Program-made: the position numbers and the translations under genes
DNA from: Escherichia coli
Lineage (GTDB): Bacteria; Pseudomonadota; Gammaproteobacteria; Enterobacterales; Enterobacteriaceae
Strand: one strand, 5' to 3'
DNA length: 64,000 nucleotides
Assembly (NCBI RefSeq): GCF_003790525.1
Contig: NZ_CP033635.1
The notes under the pieces: generated by a model
What the model saw: only the letters and a program-made list of their open reading frames with translations
The model's database searches: none
Told to the model about the DNA's origin: nothing
Shown: positions 51,660 through 64,000 of the stretch, piece by piece
Layout of the letters: each line of letters opens with the position of its first letter
Numbering within the stretch: the stretch's first letter is position 1

Positions 51660-52615
51660 TGAAGCAACTTTGGTTTGCCATGTCATTAGTGACAGGTAGC
51701 CTGTTATTCTCTGCTAACGCCTCGGCCACTCCCGCGTCCGGGGCGTTATTACAGCAGATGAACCTGGCCAGTCAGTCACTGAATTACGAGCTGTCATTCA
51801 TCAGCATCAATAAACAGGGTGTTGAGTCTCTGCGTTATCGACATGCACGCCTCGATAACCGTCCTCTTGCACAATTGTTGCAAATGGATGGCCCGCGCCG
51901 GGAAGTGGTACAGCGCGGCAATGAGATCAGCTATTTTGAACCGGGACTTGAACCGTTCACGCTTAATGGCGATTACATTGTTGATTCTCTGCCATCGCTC
52001 ATCTATACCGATTTCAAACGCCTTTCTCCTTACTACGACTTTATCTCCGTCGGGCGCACGCGTATTGCTGATCGTCTTTGCGAAGTTATTCGCGTGGTTG
52101 CCCGAGATGGTACACGCTACAGCTACATCGTGTGGATGGACACCGAATCGAAATTACCGATGAGGGTTGATCTCCTTGATCGCGATGGTGAAACGCTGGA
52201 ACAATTTCGCGTGATTGCTTTTAATGTCAATCAGGATATCAGCAGCAGTATGCAGACGCTGGCGAAGGCAAATTTGCCGCCGTTGCTTTCTGTTCCTGTA
52301 GGTGAAAAAGCTAAATTCAGCTGGACGCCAACCTGGTTGCCACAGGGTTTTAGCGAAGTTTCCAGTAGTCGACGTCCGCTACCGACGATGGACAACATGC
52401 CTATTGAATCACGTCTCTATTCCGACGGATTATTCAGCTTCTCGGTAAACGTTAACCGCGCTACGCCATCGAGCACCGATCAGATGTTGCGCACCGGACG
52501 CAGAACCGTCAGTACAAGCGTACGTGATAACGCCGAAATCACCATTGTCGGTGAACTGCCGCCGCAAACGGCGAAACGCATTGCCGAGAATATTAAGTTC
52601 GGGGCAGCGCAATGA
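51659..52615 (+). CDS. rseB: sigmaE regulatory protein RseB
   Basis: 318-aa secreted ORF; operon position. Confidence 0.95.
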   Translation: MKQLWFAMSLVTGSLLFSANASATPASGALLQQMNLASQSLNYELSFISINKQGVESLRYRHARLDNRPLAQLLQMDGPRREVVQRGNEISYFEPGLEPFTLNGDYIVDSLPSLIYTDFKRLSPYYDFISVGRTRIADRLCEVIRVVARDGTRYSYIVWMDTESKLPMRVDLLDRDGETLEQFRVIAFNVNQDISSSMQTLAKANLPPLLSVPVGEKAKFSWTPTWLPQGFSEVSSSRRPLPTMDNMPIESRLYSDGLFSFSVNVNRATPSSTDQMLRTGRRTVSTSVRDNAEITIVGELPPQTAKRIAENIKFGAAQ

Positions 52616-53091
52616 TCAAAGAGTGGGCTACCGTCGTCTCCTGGGAAAACGGGCAGGCGCTGGTTAGTTGTGATGTTAAAGCCTCATGCAGCAGCTGCGC
52701 TTCACGCGCCGGTTGCGGTAGCCGCGTGTTGAATAAACTTGGCCCGCAAACCACGCATACCATTGTCGTACCCTGTGATGAACCGTTAGTGCCGGGGCAA
52801 AAAGTAGAATTAGGAATCGCCGAAGGCAGCCTGCTTAGCTCCGCATTACTGGTTTATATGTCGCCGTTGGTGGGACTATTCCTCATCGCTTCACTATTTC
52901 AGCTACTCTTTGCTTCAGATATTGCAGCATTATGCGGTGCGATTCTCGGTGGCGTTGGTGGATTCCTGATTGCACGTGGCTGCTCTCGAAAGTTTGCTGC
53001 CCGGTCTGAATGGCAACCGATCATCTTAAGCGTGGCCTTGCCGCCTGGCCTTGTGCGATTTGAAACATCTTCGGAAGACGCGAGCCAGTGA
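52612..53091 (+). CDS. rseC: RseC (SoxR-reducing system component)
   Basis: 159-aa membrane ORF with CSSCASRAGC motif. Confidence 0.9.
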   Translation: MIKEWATVVSWENGQALVSCDVKASCSSCASRAGCGSRVLNKLGPQTTHTIVVPCDEPLVPGQKVELGIAEGSLLSSALLVYMSPLVGLFLIASLFQLLFASDIAALCGAILGGVGGFLIARGCSRKFAARSEWQPIILSVALPPGLVRFETSSEDASQ

Positions 53092-53287
53092 TTTCACTGG
53101 CTTTGTTGCATTTTGCATAACAAATGCGAGGACGTTTCCAGATACCCAATCCATACGGTATGAACATTTCCTCGCCTCAATGTTGTAGTGTAGAATGCGG
53201 CGTTTCTATTAATACAGACGTTAAGCTCAGAACAGCGACTTCTAAAAGCCTGGTTAACCGGGCATTAAGGCACAATAATCATACTTT

Positions 53288-55087
<1,800 letters not shown>

Positions 55088-55102
55088 CCCTTAGGAGTTG
55101 GC

Positions 55103-56077
55103 ATGGCGAATATGTTTGCCCTGATTCTGGTGATTGCCACACTAGTGACGGGCATTTTATGGTGCGTGGATAAATTCTTTTTCGCACCTAAACGGCGGGA
55201 ACGTCAGGCAGCGGCGCAGGCGGCTGCCGGTGACTCACTGGATAAAGCAACGTTGAAAAAGGTTGCGCCGAAGCCTGGCTGGCTGGAAACCGGTGCTTCT
55301 GTTTTTCCGGTGCTGGCTATCGTATTGATTGTGCGTTCGTTTATTTATGAACCGTTCCAGATCCCGTCAGGTTCGATGATGCCGACTCTGTTAATCGGTG
55401 ATTTTATTCTGGTAGAGAAGTTTGCTTATGGCATTAAAGATCCTATCTACCAGAAAACGCTGATCGAAACCGGTCATCCGAAACGCGGCGATATCGTGGT
55501 CTTTAAATATCCGGAAGATCCAAAGCTTGATTACATCAAGCGCGCGGTGGGTTTACCGGGCGATAAAGTCACTTATGATCCGGTCTCGAAAGAGCTGACG
55601 ATTCAACCGGGATGCAGTTCCGGCCAGGCATGTGAAAACGCGCTGCCGGTCACCTACTCCAACGTGGAACCGAGCGATTTCGTTCAGACCTTCTCACGCC
55701 GTAATGGTGGGGAAGCGACCAGCGGATTCTTTGAAGTGCCGAAAAACGAAACCAAAGAAAATGGAATTCGTCTTTCCGAGCGTAAAGAGACACTGGGTGA
55801 TGTGACGCACCGCATTCTGACAGTGCCGATTGCGCAGGACCAGGTGGGGATGTATTACCAGCAGCCAGGGCAACAACTGGCAACCTGGATTGTTCCGCCG
55901 GGACAATACTTCATGATGGGTGACAACCGCGACAACAGCGCGGACAGCCGTTACTGGGGCTTTGTGCCGGAAGCGAATCTGGTCGGTCGGGCAACGGCTA
56001 TCTGGATGAGTTTCGATAAGCAAGAAGGCGAATGGCCGACAGGTGTGCGCTTAAGTCGCATTGGCGGCATCCATTAA
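55103..56077 (+). CDS. lepB: signal peptidase I
   Basis: 324-aa ORF with S26 catalytic Ser motif (PSGSMMPTL) and GDNRDNSADSRYWG box. Confidence 0.97.
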   Translation: MANMFALILVIATLVTGILWCVDKFFFAPKRRERQAAAQAAAGDSLDKATLKKVAPKPGWLETGASVFPVLAIVLIVRSFIYEPFQIPSGSMMPTLLIGDFILVEKFAYGIKDPIYQKTLIETGHPKRGDIVVFKYPEDPKLDYIKRAVGLPGDKVTYDPVSKELTIQPGCSSGQACENALPVTYSNVEPSDFVQTFSRRNGGEATSGFFEVPKNETKENGIRLSERKETLGDVTHRILTVPIAQDQVGMYYQQPGQQLATWIVPPGQYFMMGDNRDNSADSRYWGFVPEANLVGRATAIWMSFDKQEGEWPTGVRLSRIGGIH

Positions 56078-56085
56078 TAGCCCAT

Positions 56086-56120
56086 CTTCGTTCACGTTGT
56101 CGCCGTTATGGCGACAACGT
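56086..56120 (+). terminator. perfect 14-bp inverted repeat after lepB, in the rnc leader
   Basis: TTCACGTTGTCGCC GTTATG GCGACAACGTGAA; not followed by a clear T-run, so it may be an RNA processing or stability hairpin rather than a terminator. Confidence 0.5.
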
Positions 56121-56319
56121 GAATTATTTATGAGATAAATCTCCCGTGGCTAACGACATCCCCCGTCGTTGTGTATAGAATATTCCCCCGAAGTTTAAGG
56201 TTGGCACCTCCAGGTTGCCACGGCACACGAAACAGCGTTGGTCCCCATATACCGGTAAACTGAAACTGCAGCGAAGCAGTTAGCAGAACCATGTATATCA
56301 GGTCTGTTTCGTGTGCTGA

Positions 56320-57932
<1,613 letters not shown>

Positions 57933-57943
57933 GAGTAACTCCG

Positions 57944-58672
57944 ATGGAAGGCTGGCAGCGCGCATTTGTCCTGCATAGTCGCCCGTGGAGCGAAACCAGC
58001 CTGATGCTGGACGTCTTCACGGAGGAATCGGGTCGCGTGCGTCTGGTTGCCAAAGGCGCACGCTCTAAACGCTCTACTCTGAAAGGTGCATTACAGCCTT
58101 TCACCCCTCTCTTGCTACGTTTTGGCGGGCGTGGCGAAGTCAAAACGCTGCGCAGTGCTGAAGCTGTCTCGCTGGCGCTGCCATTAAGCGGTATCACGCT
58201 TTACAGCGGTCTGTACATCAACGAACTTCTCTCCCGCGTACTGGAATACGAGACGCGCTTCTCTGAACTCTTTTTCGATTACTTGCACTGCATTCAGTCA
58301 CTTGCAGGTGCCACTGGTACGCCAGAACCCGCGCTGCGCCGCTTTGAACTGGCACTGCTCGGGCATCTGGGCTATGGCGTCAATTTTACTCATTGTGCGG
58401 GTAGCGGCGAGCCGGTAGATGACACCATGACGTATCGTTATCGCGAAGAAAAAGGGTTTATCGCAAGCGTCGTTATCGACAATAAAACGTTCACCGGAAG
58501 GCAGTTAAAAGCGTTAAACGCGCGGGAATTTCCTGACGCAGACACACTGCGCGCCGCGAAACGCTTTACCCGCATGGCGCTTAAGCCGTATCTTGGCGGT
58601 AAACCATTAAAGAGCAGGGAACTGTTCCGGCAGTTTATGCCTAAGCGAACGGTGAAAACACATTATGAATGA
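57944..58672 (+). CDS. recO: DNA repair protein RecO
   Basis: 242-aa [44 protein letters not shown]... Confidence 0.95.
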
Positions 58673-58683
58673 TGAGGATTGTC

Positions 58684-59415
58684 ATGGCTGAATTACTGTT
58701 AGGCGTCAACATTGACCATATTGCAACGCTGCGTAACGCACGCGGTACTGCTTACCCAGATCCGGTGCAGGCGGCGTTTATTGCTGAGCAGGCGGGAGCG
58801 GACGGCATTACCGTGCATTTACGTGAAGATCGCCGCCACATTACCGACCGCGATGTGCGCATCCTGCGTCAGACGCTGGATACCCGCATGAATCTGGAGA
58901 TGGCGGTGACCGAAGAGATGCTGGCGATCGCCGTTGAGACGAAGCCACATTTTTGCTGTCTGGTACCGGAAAAGCGTCAGGAAGTAACAACCGAAGGCGG
59001 CCTGGACGTCGCTGGACAGCGTGAAAAAATGCGCGATGCCTGCAAACGTCTGGCGGAGGCCGGGATCCAGGTTTCTCTGTTTATCGACGCCGATGAAGAG
59101 CAGATCAAAGCTGCGGCAGAGGTTGGCGCACCGTTTATCGAGATCCACACAGGTTGCTATGCTGATGCCAAAACTGACGCCGAACAGGCGCAAGAGCTGG
59201 CGCGTATCGCCAAAGCCGCGACCTTTGCCGCTAGTCTCGGTCTGAAAGTTAACGCTGGTCACGGTCTGACCTATCACAACGTGAAAGCCATTGCCGCCAT
59301 CCCTGAGATGCATGAACTGAATATCGGTCATGCCATTATTGGTCGTGCAGTGATGACTGGACTGAAAGATGCGGTGGCAGAAATGAAGCGTTTGATGCTG
59401 GAAGCGCGTGGCTAA
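58684..59415 (+). CDS. pdxJ: pyridoxine 5'-phosphate synthase
   Basis: 243-aa [56 protein letters not shown]... Confidence 0.97.
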   Translation: MAELLLGVNIDHIATLRNARGTAYPDPVQAAFIAEQAGADGITVHLREDRRHITDRDVRILRQTLDTRMNLEMAVTEEMLAIAVETKPHFCCLVPEKRQEVTTEGGLDVAGQREKMRDACKRLAEAGIQVSLFIDADEEQIKAAAEVGAPFIEIHTGCYADAKTDAEQAQELARIAKAATFAASLGLKVNAGHGLTYHNVKAIAAIPEMHELNIGHAIIGRAVMTGLKDAVAEMKRLMLEARG

Positions 59416-59795
59416 TGGCAATATTAGGTTTAGGTACGGATATTGTGGAGATCGCTCGCATTGAATCGGTGATCGCCCGATCCGGTGAGCGCCTGGCACG
59501 CCGCGTATTAAGCGATAACGAATGGGCAATCTGGAAAACGCACCACCAGCCGGTGCGTTTTCTGGCGAAGCGTTTTGCTGTGAAAGAAGCGGCGGCAAAA
59601 GCGTTTGGCACCGGGATCCGCAATGGTCTGGCGTTTAATCAATTTGAAGTATTCAATGATGAGCTCGGCAAACCACGGCTACGGCTATGGGGTGAGGCAT
59701 TAAAACTGGCGGAAAAGCTCGGCGTTGTAAATATGCATGTAACGCTGGCAGATGAACGCCACTATGCTTGTGCCACGGTAATTATTGAAAGTTAA
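59415..59795 (+). CDS. acpS: holo-ACP synthase
   Basis: 126-aa [40 protein letters not shown]... Confidence 0.97.
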   Translation: MAILGLGTDIVEIARIESVIARSGERLARRVLSDNEWAIWKTHHQPVRFLAKRFAVKEAAAKAFGTGIRNGLAFNQFEVFNDELGKPRLRLWGEALKLAEKLGVVNMHVTLADERHYACATVIIES

Positions 59796-60215
59796 AAAAA
59801 TACCGTTCTCTTTATAAAGTAAAACCCCCGAACTGGTAAGGAACGGGGGTTTTACTTTACAACTTTAATTTTGTGCAGCACACGATTCCAACGGAAATGA
59901 TTATGGATCAATTTAGTTGACCTGTACAAGCAACTTGCAATCTCTGACATAAAAAACGCGAGCCTTTACGAAGAAATCGACATTGATGAAAAGATTAACG
60001 TGACCGCTTTTTGATAAGTACATTAAAATCGGTTTCGTTATTGGCAATTTTGCTGTGCTTTACACCATGCCACTGAATTCCCCCATTGAAACGAGTGGTG
60101 TCGTCAAAGCTCTGGTGTGGAGTGCAGCACTCGATTCCAATAACTCGCACGTTCAGTTTTGGGGTGATGTAAGGGCTAATCTGAACGGCTGCATTCCTTG
60201 TTTAAGGAAAAACGA

Positions 60216-60296
60216 ATGACTGATTGCCGATACCTGATTAAACGGGTTATCAAAATCATCATTGCTGTTTTACAGCTGCTCCTTTTGTTCTTATAA
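60216..60296 (+). CDS. shoB: type I toxin ShoB (26-aa hydrophobic peptide)
   Basis: AAGGA Shine-Dalgarno then ATG...TAA encoding MTDCRYLIKRVIKIIIAVLQLLLLFL, in the acpS-yfhL intergenic region where shoB/ohsC lies in K-12. Below the ORF track's size cutoff. Confidence 0.75.
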   Translation: MTDCRYLIKRVIKIIIAVLQLLLLFL

Positions 60297-60489
60297 CACA
60301 AGGAAACGTACTTAAGGTGCGTCCGGTGAACCAATCGGACGCGCCTTTAATAACTATAAATAAGTGTCTGGGCAGATACTATATAAATTTACTTAGTGAA
60401 TGATTATGCTAATTTCATCATTTAAATAAATATAATAGCGTTAAGGTTTCTCTATAAAATAATTAACACTCTACTTCCAGAGCAGAATA

Positions 60490-60786
<297 letters not shown>

Positions 60787-60805
60787 TTATACGCGCATTC
60801 TTTAC

Positions 60806-61654
60806 TCAGACCAGTTTTTTCACCAGCGCTTCACTATGACGAATACGTTCTGGTGCCAGTTCCAGATCCTGCTGAATCAGCGCAATGAACAGCAAATCCG
60901 TTAACATTCCCTGCGCGTGACAAGCAGAGATTGAAGCACTGTTTGTCGCTTGTTCTTCGGCAATGGTATACAGGCAATGAGAAGCACGCTGTTGCAGGGC
61001 ATTGGGAGTAAAGCCGGTAATCGCCAGCACTTTTCCGCCCACTCGCAGCATCTCATCTGCCGCCAGGTTTAACTCGCGTCGTACACCGGTGTAGGAAATG
61101 GCTAATAACAGATCGTCAGGGGACGACGCCTGTACTGTAGCGAGTAGCGCATGCATATCGCGCACTGCGGCAGCATTGAAGCCAATCTTCATCAGCTTCC
61201 AGGCAAAGTTTTGCGCCACCAGACCCGAAGCGCCAATACCGGTCAGAATTATCCGCCGCGCAGAGCGCAACATTGTTACGCATTCATGCAGTTTCTCTTC
61301 ACTATTAACGTTTAGCGTTGCGTACATGGCGGCAGTATTTTCTTTAATCAGTTTTTCGCCGACCAGCCGTAACGGATCATCACCGCGGATTTGGTTATGA
61401 ATGGGCACGGAGGGAGATTCCGGCTGGCTTGCCAGCGCTTCACTCAACGCCAACTTAAGTGCCGGAAAACCTTTATAGCCGAGTTTTTGCGCGAACTTCA
61501 CGACGCTGGACTGACTGACTCCGGCTTCGTTGGCCAGTTGCTGAGAGCTTAAATGGCGCGCCGTATCAGGTTGTAGCAGCAGATAATCCGCCAGTTTTTT
61601 ATCACTCTGGGCAAGCCCCTGGTAACGCTGACGGATACGAAGTAAGCCGTTCAT
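60806..61654 (-). CDS. yfhH: RpiR/MurR-family transcriptional regulator (HTH + SIS domains), YfhH
   Basis: ORF with N-terminal HTH and C-terminal SIS domain; start at MNGLL inferred. Confidence 0.75.
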   Translation of the reverse strand: MNGLLRIRQRYQGLAQSDKKLADYLLLQPDTARHLSSQQLANEAGVSQSSVVKFAQKLGYKGFPALKLALSEALASQPESPSVPIHNQIRGDDPLRLVGEKLIKENTAAMYATLNVNSEEKLHECVTMLRSARRIILTGIGASGLVAQNFAWKLMKIGFNAAAVRDMHALLATVQASSPDDLLLAISYTGVRRELNLAADEMLRVGGKVLAITGFTPNALQQRASHCLYTIAEEQATNSASISACHAQGMLTDLLFIALIQQDLELAPERIRHSEALVKKLV

Positions 61655-61862
61655 ATCTTTCCTCGCGATGAAATAGTGGCGACAACAGGCAATATGAGAC
61701 AAACGCGAGTGAATTTTATATTCCATTGCCGCTAATTGCCATGAATTAAAAATTCCAGTTAGCCATGATGCGGTCGATTGTTGCCGGAAAAGTGATGATC
61801 TATCTGTTAGGCTATGTAGTAGCGAAAATTAATCAGGATGTTTCAGTCCAGAGGAGTATGGT

Positions 61863-62498
61863 TTGGCAACTCACGAGCGTCGTGTGGTGTTTTTTGACTT
61901 AGATGGAACATTGCATCAGCAGGATATGTTCGGCAGTTTTTTGCGTTATTTACTGCGTCGCCAACCGCTGAATGCGTTGCTTGTCCTGCCGTTGTTGCCG
62001 ATCATAGCCATTGCGTTATTGATAAAAGGCCGTGCGGCACGCTGGCCGATGAGTCTGCTTCTGTGGGGATGCACTTTTGGTCACAATGAAGCGCGTTTGC
62101 AGGCGTTGCAGGCCGATTTCGTACGCTGGTTTCGTGACAATGTTACCGCCTTTCCGCTGGTTCAGGAGCGATTAACCACCTACCTGTTAAGTTCCGATGC
62201 TGATATCTGGTTGATTACCGGCTCTCCGCAGCCGCTGGTTGAAGCGGTTTATTTCGATACGCCCTGGTTGCCGCGGGTTAATCTTATCGCCAGTCAGATT
62301 CAGCGTGGCTATGGTGGTTGGGTATTGACGATGCGTTGCCTCGGGCATGAGAAGGTCGCGCAACTGGAGCGCAAAATCGGCACGCCGCTGCGGCTGTACA
62401 GTGGCTATAGCGACAGTAATCAGGACAACCCGCTGCTTTATTTCTGTCAGCATCGTTGGCGAGTAACCCCGCGCGGTGAACTCCAGCAACTGGAATAG
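61863..62498 (+). CDS. pgpC: phosphatidylglycerophosphatase C (HAD-like), YfhB
   Basis: 211-aa ORF with HAD motif I (FFDLDGTL). Confidence 0.85.
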   Translation: MATHERRVVFFDLDGTLHQQDMFGSFLRYLLRRQPLNALLVLPLLPIIAIALLIKGRAARWPMSLLLWGCTFGHNEARLQALQADFVRWFRDNVTAFPLVQERLTTYLLSSDADIWLITGSPQPLVEAVYFDTPWLPRVNLIASQIQRGYGGWVLTMRCLGHEKVAQLERKIGTPLRLYSGYSDSNQDNPLLYFCQHRWRVTPRGELQQLE

Positions 62499-62510
62499 AG
62501 TAAAGCATAG

Positions 62511-64000
<1,490 letters not shown>

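Noticed and set aside
58819-59598. 259-aa minus-strand ORF
   Set aside because: Antisense to pdxJ and acpS, both confidently recognised; no independent start signals.

Overview
This window is conserved Escherichia coli-type chromosomal backbone, in reverse orientation relative to the K-12 map, running from a 5'-truncated autotransporter adhesin next to the tmRNA gene ssrA through to mltF. Recognised landmarks in order: ssrA, smpB, ratA/ratB, bamE, recN, nadK, grpE, yfjD, ypjD, ffh, the rpsP-rimM-trmD-rplS operon, the yfiBNR c-di-GMP module, aroF-tyrA, pheL-pheA, raiA, bamD, rluD, yfiH, clpB, a complete rrnG-type rRNA operon (16S, tRNA-Glu, 23S, 5S), kgtP, pssA, patZ, trxC, ung, grcA, srmB, nadB, rpoE-rseABC, lepAB, rnc-era-recO-pdxJ-acpS, shoB, yfhL, pgpC, tadA and the 3' part of mltF. 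Nearly all of it is housekeeping sequence with recognisable promoters, attenuators and intrinsic terminators. No CRISPR array, integrase, transposase or multi-gene defence island is visible. The one clear departure from the K-12 backbone is a 213-aa, extremely acidic, unrecognised ORF (9988..10629, minus strand) between grpE and yfjD; it is the best candidate for anything novel here, but it is a single orphan gene rather than an obvious system. Also of note: the tmRNA 3' end, a classic island integration site, is unoccupied, with the autotransporter gene only about 160 bp away; and the shoB type I toxin ORF is present but missed by the ORF track. Gene names are assigned from protein sequences I recognise plus conserved synteny; no database search was run.
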